Below, piece after piece: positions 10,402 to 20,808 of a stretch of DNA of 64,000 bases. The DNA comes from Candidatus Obscuribacteraceae bacterium. Its GTDB lineage: Bacteria; Cyanobacteriota; Vampirovibrionia; Obscuribacterales; Obscuribacteraceae. Below the pieces are notes generated by a model. That model was not told the origin of the DNA and searched no databases. It saw only the letters and a list, made by a program, of their open reading frames with translations. The stretch is taken from positions 192,001-256,000 of the forward strand of contig JBGAHS010000007.1 in NCBI GenBank assembly GCA_044226015.1, written 5' to 3'. Position 1 is the first letter of the stretch. Each line of letters starts with the position of its first letter. The position numbers were made by a program, and so were the translations under genes.

Positions 10402-11526
10402 CTAAGTCAGCTCGTCTTCATCTTCTGACGCAGGTTCTTCACTATCAAGTTCTTCGCTATCAAGTTCTTTGGAGTCTAGCTTTCGGAAATCGTTGAGCGT
10501 TTGCTTCTGTTTCTTGCGCGAGTCTGCTCTGAATCTCTCATTCAGTCGAGGAAGTACGCGCGAACCAACAGTTTTTTTTGTACCTGCATCTACCTTAGAA
10601 GAGGTTTCTTTCCGAATTCTCTCAGCGTTCTGGGCATCTGCCAGAATCGTGCAATAGCTCTGGTAGCGAGACTCGGCAATCTCTTCCATATGAGCTTCTA
10701 CATTGCACCCGGCTTCACCTGTATGCAAACAGTTGGAGAATTTGCATTCCGATGCAAGCTCGATTATCTCAGGAAATTGCCATGCTACATCTGCTGCTTG
10801 CGGGTAATCGAGTTCTCCCATGCTGTAACCTGGTGTGTCTGCAATCCACCCCGGCAGCTTGGTTCGGGAGGTTTCAGGCAAGCTGTAAATTTCACTGTAT
10901 GTAGTTGTATGACGCCCCACAAGTAATTCTTCGTTTATGTCTACTTTGAGGTTTATGTCTGGTATCAGCTGGTTTATTATGCTGGACTTACCTACCCCCG
11001 ATGGACCAATGAGCACGGAGGTTTTGCCCTGCATTGTGTGTTTCAGTTCATCTATGCCAATTCCTGTTTTTGCTGAGACAAAGAAAATTTTGTATCCCAG
11101 CGGCTCATAAATGTTTCGTAAGGCGTCGAGCTCTTCTTTCTCGGCCAGATCGCATTTGTTCAGAAGAATGAAACATTTGAAGTGCTCTATTTCCAAGTGA
11201 AGTGTAACAATGTAGCGATCGCATAACAGCGAGTTCCACTCAGGCTGGTGCATCGACTGTACAATGAACACCTGATCCAGATTGGCGATATATGGTCTGG
11301 TGAGCAAATTCTTTCGTTCGCAACGGGCCGAAATGACCGCGGTGCCTCGATCTGAAGGATCTAGAGCAGGCTCTACTTCATCTAGCTCAACTCTATCGCC
11401 AGTGAAAATTTGAACCCCTTCTTTTTTCAATCGGGATCTTAAAGGACACTGGAGTATCGCATTTAGTTCATCTGAATGAACCAGATAACCACCAGCATGC
11501 CTTCTGAGGACTCTTCCTGTGTTCAA
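10402..11526 (-). CDS. rsgA: Ribosome small subunit-dependent GTPase A
   Basis: OB-fold N-terminus (GDRV), circularly permuted GTPase (NKCDL, SA, GPSGVGKSS, GRHTT, DTPG), Zn-finger CKFSNCLH..EAGC. Confidence 0.95.
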   Translation of the reverse strand: MNTGRVLRRHAGGYLVHSDELNAILQCPLRSRLKKEGVQIFTGDRVELDEVEPALDPSDRGTAVISARCERKNLLTRPYIANLDQVFIVQSMHQPEWNSLLCDRYIVTLHLEIEHFKCFILLNKCDLAEKEELDALRNIYEPLGYKIFFVSAKTGIGIDELKHTMQGKTSVLIGPSGVGKSSIINQLIPDINLKVDINEELLVGRHTTTYSEIYSLPETSRTKLPGWIADTPGYSMGELDYPQAADVAWQFPEIIELASECKFSNCLHTGEAGCNVEAHMEEIAESRYQSYCTILADAQNAERIRKETSSKVDAGTKKTVGSRVLPRLNERFRADSRKKQKQTLNDFRKLDSKELDSEELDSEEPASEDEDELT

Positions 11527-11614
11527 ATGAGCCTGCCTTCACCGACGACCTTAACAGCATACAATACTAGCGAACGGTTAATCGCTACTTCTGCGAGAAT
11601 ATAGAGAACTCAAT

Positions 11615-13456
11615 ATGGCGACCTTAATTATGGAACCTAATCTGGAAACACTGGAATCTAAAGACACTGACTCGTCTGCAAAGCATATTAGAAATATCGC
11701 AATCATTGCTCACGTTGACCACGGCAAAACAACACTGGTTGACGGATTTTTGCACCAGACTGGTGTCTTTCGTGAAAACCAGGAGGTCGAGACCTGCGTC
11801 ATGGACTCTAATGATTTAGAGCGTGAGCGCGGTATCACAATTCTCGCAAAGAACACAGCCATCGAGTACGCCGATTGTTTGCTCAACATTGTTGACACAC
11901 CTGGGCACGCCGATTTTGGTGGCGAAGTAGAACGAATATTAGGAATGGTCGATAGCGCGTTGCTAATTGTTGACGCTGGTGAAGGACCGATGCCTCAAAC
12001 TCGCTTTGTATTGAGAAAGGCGCTTGAGCGTGGGTTGCGTCCGATTGTTGTAATCAACAAAATCGACAGACCAAATATTGACCCTCACGTTGCGGTAGAT
12101 AAAGTATTTGATCTTTTCGTCGAGCTTGGCGCAAATAACGAACAGTTGGACTTCCCAGTGGTGTTTGCTTCTGGTGTCAAAGGCTTTGCAAAACACAGAG
12201 TAGAAGATGAAGATGTTGATCTTCGTCCGCTGCTCGACCTGATAGTCAGTCATTGTCCTCATCCTTCCGGTGATGAAACAGGCACCTTGCAGATGCAGAC
12301 AACGATATTAGATTACAGCGACTACCTCGGACGCATCGCGATCGGAAGAATATACAACGGTACGATTTCCGAAGGGCAGAATGTCGTCCTTATGAAAGAA
12401 GATGGCTCAACGGTTAAGGGACGCATCAGCAAGTTGCTGAAGTTCCACGGACTCAAGAGAATCGAGGCGAAGACCGCCTCGGCAGGAGAGATTGTTGCAA
12501 TTGCAGGTTTCGCTAACGCAAACGTAGGCGACACAATCACTCTAGTTGATAATCCAGTTGCTCTTCCAAGAATTCTTGTTGATGAGCCGACTATGAAAAT
12601 GTCATTCCTGGTTAACGATAGCCCATTTGCTGGGCAGGAAGGCAAATTTGTCACCTCCAGGCATTTGCGCGATCGTCTCTATCGTGAATTGGAGACCAAT
12701 GTCAGCTTGCGAGTGAATGAAACCGATAGCACCGACACATTCCTTGTAAGTGGAAGAGGCGAGTTGCATCTAGGCATTCTTATCGAAACCATGCGCAGAG
12801 AAGGATACGAGTTTCAGGTGTCCAGACCTGAAGTTATCGTCAAGCAAGTCGACGAAAGAGTTCTTGAGCCTTATGAAAAGCTGTTCATCGATGTGCCAGA
12901 AGAGTACATGGGTGCGGTTATTCAAGAACTTGGACCACGCCGTGCAGAACTTCAAAATATGCATGTGGATAGAGGGCAGGGCTTGCTTGAGTTCATCGTA
13001 CCTACACGCGGATTGCTAGGTTTCCGCAGCGAATTTTTGCGTCTGACTAAAGGCACCGGTGTAATGAATCATGGCTTCCATGAATTCAAAGATTGGTGTG
13101 GTGATATTACTCAGCAAAGAAATGGCGCATTAGTTGCGTGGGAAGAAGGCACTGCTACTGGCTATGCGCTGCAAGCTGCAGAGGACCGCGGTGTATTCTT
13201 TATCTCGCCGAGCGTTCGTGTCTACACCGGCATGATTGTCGGTGAAAATTCCCGCAGCCAAGATCTCGACATCAATGTCTGCAAAACCAAAAAACTCACC
13301 AACATCAGAAGCTCGACTTCTGAGGCTCTGGTTACACTGCAAGCCCCCCGCGAAATGTCGCTGGAAAAATGCCTGGAGTGGATTCAGGACGATGAGCTCG
13401 TTGAAGTAACACCCCAGACAATTCGCATGAGAAAGAGACAGCTTTCCCGCAGATGA
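11615..13456 (+). CDS. typA: Translational GTPase TypA/BipA
   Basis: [79 protein letters not shown]. Confidence 0.98.
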   Translation: MATLIMEPNLETLESKDTDSSAKHIRNIAIIAHVDHGKTTLVDGFLHQTGVFRENQEVETCVMDSNDLERERGITILAKNTAIEYADCLLNIVDTPGHADFGGEVERILGMVDSALLIVDAGEGPMPQTRFVLRKALERGLRPIVVINKIDRPNIDPHVAVDKVFDLFVELGANNEQLDFPVVFASGVKGFAKHRVEDEDVDLRPLLDLIVSHCPHPSGDETGTLQMQTTILDYSDYLGRIAIGRIYNGTISEGQNVVLMKEDGSTVKGRISKLLKFHGLKRIEAKTASAGEIVAIAGFANANVGDTITLVDNPVALPRILVDEPTMKMSFLVNDSPFAGQEGKFVTSRHLRDRLYRELETNVSLRVNETDSTDTFLVSGRGELHLGILIETMRREGYEFQVSRPEVIVKQVDERVLEPYEKLFIDVPEEYMGAVIQELGPRRAELQNMHVDRGQGLLEFIVPTRGLLGFRSEFLRLTKGTGVMNHGFHEFKDWCGDITQQRNGALVAWEEGTATGYALQAAEDRGVFFISPSVRVYTGMIVGENSRSQDLDINVCKTKKLTNIRSSTSEALVTLQAPREMSLEKCLEWIQDDELVEVTPQTIRMRKRQLSRR

Positions 13457-13462
13457 GGTCTT

Positions 13463-13771
13463 GTGCAAGAGTTCGTCAAAGTCGCAAAGCTCAGTGATTT
13501 CTCTGGCAGCAAATGTAAGGCTGTCGAGGTCTCTGGGCAGCGAATTCTTCTGGTGAATACACCTGCTGGTGTATGTGCCGTGGAGGATGCCTGTTCTCAC
13601 CTCGGCGCTCCTCTGTCACAGGGGTTTGCTACCAAAGACAGTATCACTTGCGAGTGGCACGGAGCCAGCTTCGACTTGCGCACTGGTGAAGCCCTCTGTG
13701 CGCCAGCAAAAGACCCAATTGCTGTCTACGAAGTGCGTGTCACAGGCGACGACATCGAAGTACTCATCTAA
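13463..13771 (+). CDS. Rieske [2Fe-2S] ferredoxin (non-heme iron oxygenase ferredoxin-like)
   Basis: CSH...CEWHGASFDLRTG motif, 102 aa, 6 bp after typA. Confidence 0.9.
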   Translation: MQEFVKVAKLSDFSGSKCKAVEVSGQRILLVNTPAGVCAVEDACSHLGAPLSQGFATKDSITCEWHGASFDLRTGEALCAPAKDPIAVYEVRVTGDDIEVLI

Positions 13772-14031
13772 TCAACCGGTACGCTTGCAGAGCATTTTTC
13801 GCATTTGTGCACCAGGCGCGCAAAGCTCATGCGCAGCCCCCGGGCGATACTAGCGACAATACCAAAACTGGGTTGCCTTTTGCCGCCCTCTATCTTACTT
13901 ATGAAAGCTCTATCTATGTGCGCTTCTGCTGCAAGTTCCTCTTGAGACATGTGAAGGCGTTTTCGACGCTCTTGCACAATTTTTCCAAGACAATCATATA
14001 GATGCTGATGAAAAGCTCGATTGTTACTCAT
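13768..14031 (-). CDS. XRE-family helix-turn-helix regulator
   Basis: LGKIVQERRKRLHMSQEELA..AHIDRAFISKIEGGKRQPS; RBS AAGGAG upstream. Confidence 0.9.
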   Translation of the reverse strand: MSNNRAFHQHLYDCLGKIVQERRKRLHMSQEELAAEAHIDRAFISKIEGGKRQPSFGIVASIARGLRMSFARLVHKCEKCSASVPVD

Positions 14032-14199
14032 GTCATCATCTCCTTTGTGAACGCAGAGGGCGAGAACAAATCTGTCTGGTTCCGAAAAATTACCAGCATA
14101 GTCGACGCTGAATTTTTCGACTTCAGAGAACCCAATACTGCTGTGGCTTTCGGGACGGATGAATTTTAGGGTTTTCTTTTAAAAAAAATCAAAAAGCAG

Positions 14200-14227
14200 G
14201 GAACCAAACTGATTGATTGCAGTCTGA
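14200..14227 (+). promoter_or_regulatory. Putative ECF sigma promoter GGAACC-N16-GTCTGA
   Basis: Motif read from the sequence ~30 bp upstream of ATG 14259, preceded by an A-tract; the same motif recurs elsewhere in the window. Confidence 0.6.
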
Positions 14228-14258
14228 TTTGTTGTGAATTTATGGTTTGCATCCTGCG

Positions 14259-14474
14259 ATGACTAATGAGCACAAAAAAACAGAACCCATTCGTGAACTT
14301 GAGCAATTAGCCCAGTTCTTTATAGAACATGGACGAGAAGACCTGGCTCGGGAAATTACCGACCAGGTTTCAAGGCTGCAGAGAAAAGGTCCACACTATA
14401 TTGAATCGAGATCGGTCAGAGAAGTAGATAGCTTGAGCCAGTTAGGTTCAGATCAAATAAAACTCGACCCCTGA
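14259..14474 (+). CDS. Small hypothetical helical protein (ORF track start 14247 TTG; ATG at 14259)
   Basis: Amphipathic helix IRELEQLAQFFIEHGREDLAREI; divergent from the XRE gene and preceded by the promoter motif. Confidence 0.55.
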   Translation: MTNEHKKTEPIRELEQLAQFFIEHGREDLAREITDQVSRLQRKGPHYIESRSVREVDSLSQLGSDQIKLDP

Positions 14475-14794
14475 TTCGTTGAAAATGTATTCATCCTTCT
14501 ACTTCTTCTGCTTAATTGCAGTTTAGGTGCCGCATTTGGTTCCAGAGCAAGGAAAAGGTCGTTCTGTCTGAAAAATGAGCTTGATAACCATTAGCTCATA
14601 TTAAGTCCTCATCAGGTCATTCTGAGCCTAGCTCGTTATCCTGTTGAGAACCTCAGATAGATAGGTACGAAATCTATTTCGTCTTGTGGAACTGGACTTT
14701 GTGGAACTTGGGAATGCAAGCAAGCAAACTGTCTAAAAAAACCCCGGTGCCTGCGGTACTAGAGTATTGGCCAGAAATTCTGGACGAAAGTCCT

Positions 14795-16429
14795 ATGAAG
14801 AAGGACGTGCCAATTCTTCTGATGGTGCTGCTCGCTCATGCCTTTTGCTTCCTCCCGATTTGTTTTCAGGTCGGCTTCTATTTAGATGATTGGCTTACGT
14901 TTTGGAACCTTCATTTCGCACCACATAATTTCATCGATTTGCTGAAGGCATCATTCTCAGATCCTCGAATGATTACGCGTCCGGTGCAGTGTTTTTATTA
15001 CGCAACAACTTATTTGTTCTTTGGTGATAGACCGCTGCCTTATCATCTTGTGCGCTTTGGTCTCGAGTATTTTGGCGCAGTTTGCTTGTATTTCGGCATC
15101 AAGCGTTTGAGCCTGTCTCACTTTGTTGGCGCCGTAAGCGCTCTGGTTTTCTTGCTTTATCCGAGCCACGATGCAAGCCATTATTGGATCGGCGGAGGTC
15201 TCGGACCCGGTTTCGGATTGACGCTTTTCCTGGCGAGTTTCTGTTGCTCAATGCGAGCGTTCACTACAAAGAACAGAGCGCTATATCTGGCTGCCATTGG
15301 CTTTTATGGATTGAGTGCATTTTGTTACGAAGCATTCTTACCGATGATTGTGTTCAGCTTCTGTGGTGTCTTGCTTTTGTCCGCGGAAAAACGTGTGGAT
15401 AGCCGCCTGGTCACAATGGGTTCAGTGGTGGCATGGATTCTTCCTTTCTTAGTTGTTGGTTCGCTGGAACCAATTTATCAGCGCCTTCTGCTGCCGAAAG
15501 TCGCACATGTATTTCTTTCACCATCAGCATTTGATCTGAGTTATTTCTGCAACGTGTTCGTTCAGGGCTTGAATGTCTCCCTCTTTGCTGGGCTCTGGTC
15601 ATTCCTTGCTGAACGGGTTAGAGAAGCCTGTATTTCATTCACACCGCTTCATGGCGTACAAATTGTTGGTTCTGTAGGCGCATCGCTGGCTGTTCTTGCG
15701 TTCTCGTATTCAAATGAGCAGATCAGATATCGCAGGCTATTCACCGCCGCCGCGTTCACTTTCTTTGCTTCTTATCTCACCTTCGCAGTGGCTCAGGGTT
15801 ACACTCCTGTCTTAGGCACCATGATAAATCGTGTGAACGCTGGTGCCTCTGTAGCTGTTTCAGTTCTAATTGCTTTGAGCTTCAAGTGGTTGTTAGACCA
15901 TATGCTCATTTCATCACGACGTGCCAAAGCCTACAGTGCACTCTTGGGCTTGCCATTGATTGTAGTGATGGTGCTTTCCAATCTCGCGCTTTCTTCATTT
16001 TGGATCAGCTCATGGAACGTACAAAAGAATGTACGCTTCCTGATAAGCAAGAATCGAGACCAGATTAAAGCTGGCGATTGCATCATTCTTGCTGACACAC
16101 ACCGTTATCTGAATTGGGCTCCTGTTTTCGATGGAACCTGGGACTTCCAGAGCATGTTGCGAATGACATTGAACACAAACGCCGTCTCTGGAGGTGTGGT
16201 TTGCGACAGGCTGGTAGTGGAAGGTGAAAAGGTTCACGACGTATCAGCAGCCTATGTGTGCGCAAGCTATCCCGCAAACCGTATCACGCTCTTCTTCCCG
16301 TGCGAGTCTGCCTGGGTTTCGGTGAAGTCCAGTGCTGATTTTATTGATCAGGTAAAGACAAGGTCTAAGAATATTCCAGTCAGCGCAGAAACACTGCACA
16401 CCTGGACTGTGGGTGCAGCTCAAAAGTAG
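14795..16429 (+). CDS. Polytopic membrane protein, GT-C/glucosyltransferase-like (ORF open from 14684)
   Basis: About 11-12 hydrophobic segments; GFYLDDW acidic pair after the first TM followed by an RP motif, as in GT-C-fold proteins; soluble C-terminal domain. Confidence 0.6.
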   Translation: MKKDVPILLMVLLAHAFCFLPICFQVGFYLDDWLTFWNLHFAPHNFIDLLKASFSDPRMITRPVQCFYYATTYLFFGDRPLPYHLVRFGLEYFGAVCLYFGIKRLSLSHFVGAVSALVFLLYPSHDASHYWIGGGLGPGFGLTLFLASFCCSMRAFTTKNRALYLAAIGFYGLSAFCYEAFLPMIVFSFCGVLLLSAEKRVDSRLVTMGSVVAWILPFLVVGSLEPIYQRLLLPKVAHVFLSPSAFDLSYFCNVFVQGLNVSLFAGLWSFLAERVREACISFTPLHGVQIVGSVGASLAVLAFSYSNEQIRYRRLFTAAAFTFFASYLTFAVAQGYTPVLGTMINRVNAGASVAVSVLIALSFKWLLDHMLISSRRAKAYSALLGLPLIVVMVLSNLALSSFWISSWNVQKNVRFLISKNRDQIKAGDCIILADTHRYLNWAPVFDGTWDFQSMLRMTLNTNAVSGGVVCDRLVVEGEKVHDVSAAYVCASYPANRITLFFPCESAWVSVKSSADFIDQVKTRSKNIPVSAETLHTWTVGAAQK

Positions 16430-16570
16430 CCTGGAGCAGTGCCCCAAGCGAAATTGCATTGTGAACGCTGGATACGCCCAGGAGCGATCCAGCCGGCATG
16501 GAAGTCGACAAGTTGCTCAAGCTTGCCTTGGACTTTTGGCTGTCAAATGCATTGGCGATACCTTTGACTG

Positions 16571-16770
16571 ACCTTGGGCGCTTTCGGACCCGTCCTCCTT
16601 CGAACGGAACTTTCTACTTGGGAACTGTCAGAATTAGGAGCAAACGACTGTCCCTGAGAAAAGTTTAATTCCCGCTTTTCCAACAAGTGAATTGGAAAAC
16701 GCATTTCTCTTACAGAAATCTTGCAGTAAGAAGACTAACTGCGACCTCTTGCCAGCTGTTCGTGTCACCG
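16571..16770 (+). ncRNA. ssrS: Probable 6S RNA-like structured RNA
   Basis: Intergenic long irregular hairpin: TTTTCCAA(16676-83)/TTGGAAAA(16692-99), GAGAAA/TTTCTC, CTGT/ACAG, then a central bubble containing a small GCAGT/ACTGC hairpin, closed by an imperfect GAAC..CAG../..GCCAGCTGTTC stem. Ends and strand are uncertain. Confidence 0.55.
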
Positions 16771-17517
16771 TTATTCTGCAGCTTCGTACTTCACTACAAC
16801 TACAGTTACGTTGTCAGGTGCGCCGCCCTCAAGCGTCAGATCCACTAGTTTCTGGCAGGCTGCTTCTGGGTCCGCCGAATTACTCAAAACCTCTGCAATT
16901 TCAGCATCTTCCAGTACCGCAGTTAGCCCGTCGGTGCAAAGCAAAATCCAGTCTCCAGCCTCCAGCTTCTTGGGGCTGTGTTCGAGTTCGACTCGATCTT
17001 TATGACCTACGCAGCGGGTAATGTAGTGCTTGAAAGGTGACTCTCTCATTTGCTCTTCGGTGATGTGTCCACCGCGAAAGAGCTCCATTACTAATGAGTG
17101 ATCTTGTGTGAGTACCTCGAAGTCTTTTCCACGAATGAAATAGGCTCTGGAGTCGCCCAGGTGGCCGATATGAATGCACCCTTTGGTGTCTTGCACTCCG
17201 ACAACAACAGTCGTTCCCATGCCTTTGACAGAGGGATTTTCTTCAGAGAAACCAAAAACAGTTTCGTTAGCTCTGTTCACAGCTGCTGATAACCATTGAA
17301 TGATTGACTCTTCGTCATCAAGATCAGCTGGCGCTTCTTTCCAGAAGGCCTCTATGGCATTGACCGTGAGTCTGGAGGCGATTGATCCGCCAAGGGCGCC
17401 GCCCATTCCGTCTGCCACGACAAAAACCCGTTTGTCATCACTGACAAAATAGTTATCCTGGTTGTCTGCTCTTTTTACCCCTTGATCGCTCAAAGAGGCG
17501 GAAGTCCATTTCAACAT
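16771..17517 (-). CDS. PP2C-family Ser/Thr phosphatase (Stp1/PrpC-like)
   Basis: SDQG..RADNQD, VADGMGG, GMGTT, GDSRAY, TQDHS, LCTDGL and GAPDNVT motifs. Confidence 0.95.
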   Translation of the reverse strand: MLKWTSASLSDQGVKRADNQDNYFVSDDKRVFVVADGMGGALGGSIASRLTVNAIEAFWKEAPADLDDEESIIQWLSAAVNRANETVFGFSEENPSVKGMGTTVVVGVQDTKGCIHIGHLGDSRAYFIRGKDFEVLTQDHSLVMELFRGGHITEEQMRESPFKHYITRCVGHKDRVELEHSPKKLEAGDWILLCTDGLTAVLEDAEIAEVLSNSADPEAACQKLVDLTLEGGAPDNVTVVVVKYEAAE

Positions 17518-17660
17518 TTTCTATTGGAAAGACCTGTATGTTTTGTTCGTTGATACCCAGGGATTATATAAGGTTTGAAGCCATATGTTAGTGGCTGGCA
17601 ACATACTTCATCAAAGTCATTAATCAGATTATTTGTCAGTAGCGAAAGCAGTATTTTTCG

Positions 17661-19847
17661 ATGGACGATAACGCCAAATCTAAGATACGCGAATTGCAGA
17701 AACAGATTGCTTCTCTGCAAGAACAACTCGCTTCTGAGAAACATGAGGCAGAGGAACGAAGCCTTGCTCATGAATCAACTCTTGAAGAAATGAAAACTTT
17801 GACTGGCAAATTGTCACAGGCAAGAGACCAGGCCCTGGAAGCTTCGCGCTTGAAGTCTGAATTCCTTGCCAATATGAGTCATGAAATTCGGACCCCACTT
17901 AATGGCGTCATTGGCATGAGCGACTTGCTGTTGAGAACCAAGCTTGATCCTGAGCAACGAGAACACGTCAACATCATTCATGAATCTGCCAAAGTACTTC
18001 TTGACATAATCAACGATATTCTAGATTTCTCTAAGATTGAAGCTGGCAAGGTCGAGCTTGAAATTCTTGATTTCGAACTCATAGCAATTGTTGAAGCAAC
18101 AGCAGAGCTTCTTGCTGAAAGAGCGCGCAAAAAGAAACTAACTTTAATGACGCACGTCGACCCAAAGATACCGAAGTTATTGCGGGGAGACCCGGGACAT
18201 ATTCGACAGGTCTTGCTCAATCTGGCCAGTAATGCGATTAAATTCACGGCTTCTGGCGAGGTCATTCTTGATGTCAGTGCCGAAGAGAGTTCAGACGAAG
18301 CCACAGGCGAAAACATAATGTTGCGCTTCTCTGTTCGAGACACCGGCATTGGTATCAACAAGAGTACTTTGAAAAAACTTTTTTCCCCCTTTACTCAAGC
18401 AGATGGATCTATCACCAGAAAATATGGTGGCACAGGTTTGGGGCTTTCGATTTGCAAGGGACTTGTTGAGTTGATGGGGGGCGAAATAGGCGCCGATAGC
18501 CAGCCCAAGGAAGGTTCGGATTTCTGGTTCAAAATTCCATGCGAACGCTCTAACTTGAGCACAGAAAACATGGCTTCAAGTGATGATCATAACTTCAGTG
18601 GAAAACGTTTTCTGATTATTAGTTCAATCGAGTCGGTTACTCGAATTGTTTATTCATACGCCAGCTCGCTTGGGCTGCGTTGTGATGTTGTGCGCAACGT
18701 AAGTGATGCGCTTACTTTAATCAGGCAAGAAGCCGTCGCAAATGATCCCTTCGACTGCGCATTGATTGATGCCTCTGGATCTGAATCGGAAGCAGTCCCA
18801 TTTGCTGAAATGCTAGCCAGTGACCCAGTTGCGTCTCCCACCAAAGTGCTCATTTTGACCCTGACTTCAGTTAAACCGTCTGCTGAATCTTCTGAATCTA
18901 AGTTTGCTGCTTATCTCACTAAGCCGCTCAAGTTTTCACAGTTCGTAGATTGCATTTCCAGCGTACTCTCCAACACTGGCGCCAAAGCACTAGACCTTAC
19001 AGTCACGCAGCAGATTCCACAAATACCGCGTCCTGAAAGCAGTTTGATTCTCATAGCCGAAGACAATCCTGTCAACCAGAAGGTTGCCATTTTGCAATTG
19101 AAAAATCTAGGCTTTAATGGTCATACTGTTTCCAACGGACAGGAGGCTATTGATGCCGTACTGAGCGGAAAATATGCTCTTGTTTTGATGGACTGCCAGA
19201 TGCCTGAAATGGACGGGTTTCAAGCAACAAAAGAGATTCGCAAACTAGAGATGCAACATGGAAGACATGTGCCAGTGATTGCTATGACCGCACATGCCCT
19301 CGATGGAGACAGAGAGCGATGTATCTCTGCCGGAATGGATGACTACATAAGCAAGCCAGTTGATGCAAAAAAACTTCAGGCTGTTTTGACAAAATGGTTG
19401 AACCCCATCGAGCGCCCAGAGCCAATTTTGGGTGCAATAGAGGAAGATTCGACAGAGCGAAGAGAGGAAGACATTCCTCTTCACACTATCTCGGAAGACC
19501 CTCTGAATATCGCCAGGTTGCAGAGAACTTGCGGAGATGAGGTCGCCCGAGAAATTTTGGAAGTCTACCTGTCGGCAGCAGAAACCTTGCTTGAAGCGAT
19601 TGAAACAGAGAGAGCTAAACGTGACGCAAGGGCTGTGGAGTCTCTTGCGCATCAATTACAGGGATCATCCAATGCTATTGGTGCTTCGGAGATGGTAAGG
19701 CTAAGTAAACGATTAGAAGATATGGCTGCTTCTAACAACTGGCCGCAAGTGAAAATACTCTGTGAAGGGCTTAAGTGGTCATTCAGAAGATTGAGTCGTT
19801 ATGTGCAGTTTGCTCTGGAGCATGACTTCACTAGAAAGAGTGTGTGA
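17661..19847 (+). CDS. Cytoplasmic hybrid histidine kinase (coiled coil-HisKA-HATPase-degenerate REC-REC-HPt)
   Basis: [17 protein letters not shown]1/F/G2 boxes, REC ([20 protein letters not shown]), HPt AHQLQGSS; no TM or sensor domain. Confidence 0.93.
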   Translation: MDDNAKSKIRELQKQIASLQEQLASEKHEAEERSLAHESTLEEMKTLTGKLSQARDQALEASRLKSEFLANMSHEIRTPLNGVIGMSDLLLRTKLDPEQREHVNIIHESAKVLLDIINDILDFSKIEAGKVELEILDFELIAIVEATAELLAERARKKKLTLMTHVDPKIPKLLRGDPGHIRQVLLNLASNAIKFTASGEVILDVSAEESSDEATGENIMLRFSVRDTGIGINKSTLKKLFSPFTQADGSITRKYGGTGLGLSICKGLVELMGGEIGADSQPKEGSDFWFKIPCERSNLSTENMASSDDHNFSGKRFLIISSIESVTRIVYSYASSLGLRCDVVRNVSDALTLIRQEAVANDPFDCALIDASGSESEAVPFAEMLASDPVASPTKVLILTLTSVKPSAESSESKFAAYLTKPLKFSQFVDCISSVLSNTGAKALDLTVTQQIPQIPRPESSLILIAEDNPVNQKVAILQLKNLGFNGHTVSNGQEAIDAVLSGKYALVLMDCQMPEMDGFQATKEIRKLEMQHGRHVPVIAMTAHALDGDRERCISAGMDDYISKPVDAKKLQAVLTKWLNPIERPEPILGAIEEDSTERREEDIPLHTISEDPLNIARLQRTCGDEVAREILEVYLSAAETLLEAIETERAKRDARAVESLAHQLQGSSNAIGASEMVRLSKRLEDMAASNNWPQVKILCEGLKWSFRRLSRYVQFALEHDFTRKSV

Positions 19848-19941
19848 GCTCAGTTCGTAAGTCCGATTCAATAAGTCCAATTCAATTGTTGGAAAGCCTC
19901 AATGCAAAATACTCTTAACGAGTGAAATTGAGGTTTTCATC

Positions 19942-20553
19942 ATGTTTCTGACGAATGAACATGAGATTGGTGGAGAAAAAACTCCCGACGATCTCTCCTA
20001 CATCGTCAAGTTTTGCTGGCGAACCCCGCAGCACATGAAAGAAGCAATAAGAATATTGCTATCAGCTCGTCTTGATGGAGGCAAAAAGAAATTGCGCACA
20101 CGATTTGATTCAGAGAGTTCAGAAGTTATCGAAGAAGTTCATTTTCATTTGGCTGGAAATCCACATACCAGCGAAGAGGTTTTGAATTATCTTAGTAAAG
20201 TCGGCAACCCACGTATCTGTGAGCGCATAGCGCTAAACCCTCGAACGCCGGAAGAAGCCCTATGGGAACTGGCTGACCATAATGATCCCGAGGTTCGAGC
20301 TTCTGTAGGCGAGAATCCATATTGCCCGATTACGATTCTCTATCGTTTAGCAAAGGACGAACATCCTGACGTTCGTTTCCGTCTGGCAGAAAATCCTAAT
20401 CTGCCGAATTCTATCCTTGAAGAGCTTGGTGCTGACAGCAACCCCTTCATATCTTCCAGAGCCAATGCGACTTTGAGAAGACTTGCTGGTGGCGCTGTTG
20501 TTGAAGCAAAGTTTCGCTTCAACAATCAATCAAGTCAAACGCTGGCAAATTGA
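19942..20553 (+). CDS. Leucine-rich-repeat-variant (LRV/HEAT-like) protein
   Basis: Repeats of the form VR..(V/L)A.NP.TP..L..LA.D. Confidence 0.8.
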   Translation: MFLTNEHEIGGEKTPDDLSYIVKFCWRTPQHMKEAIRILLSARLDGGKKKLRTRFDSESSEVIEEVHFHLAGNPHTSEEVLNYLSKVGNPRICERIALNPRTPEEALWELADHNDPEVRASVGENPYCPITILYRLAKDEHPDVRFRLAENPNLPNSILEELGADSNPFISSRANATLRRLAGGAVVEAKFRFNNQSSQTLAN

Positions 20554-20574
20554 TTGACGAATTTTTGACAAAGT

Positions 20575-20606
20575 GAGAGGCGCTACAGCGCCTCTCTTTT
20601 CTTTTT
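20575..20606 (+). terminator. Rho-independent terminator
   Basis: GAGAGGCGCT-ac-AGCGCCTCTC followed by TTTTCTTTTT. Confidence 0.85.
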
Positions 20607-20725
20607 GGCGCAATATGCTTTTTGTATATACGTATGGGCTTTGTTGGCAGTTTCTAATGGCAAGAACTTAAATAGCTTGCTATTGTTGCTTCTTTAGCAC
20701 TTAACCTGACGCTTACAATCGAAAC

Positions 20726-20752
20726 GGAACATGAGAAGGTTACTGTCGTCTC
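20726..20752 (+). promoter_or_regulatory. Putative ECF sigma promoter GGAACA-N16-GTCTC
   Basis: Motif read from the sequence ~56 bp upstream of ATG 20809 (RBS GAGGA at 20796). Confidence 0.6.
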
Positions 20753-20808
20753 CTAAAACATCCAGACTGGAATGGCTTCCCGGACAACAACTTTTGAGGA
20801 TCAATAAA

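Noticed and set aside
16645..16670. CTGTCCCTGAGA resembling the reverse complement of a glycine riboswitch end
   Set aside because: The other conserved blocks (CCGAAG, GGAGA) are missing, and no gene start lies downstream in that orientation.
20731..20808. ORF-track start of the secreted protein
   Set aside because: RBS, signal peptide and promoter motif all point to ATG 20809.
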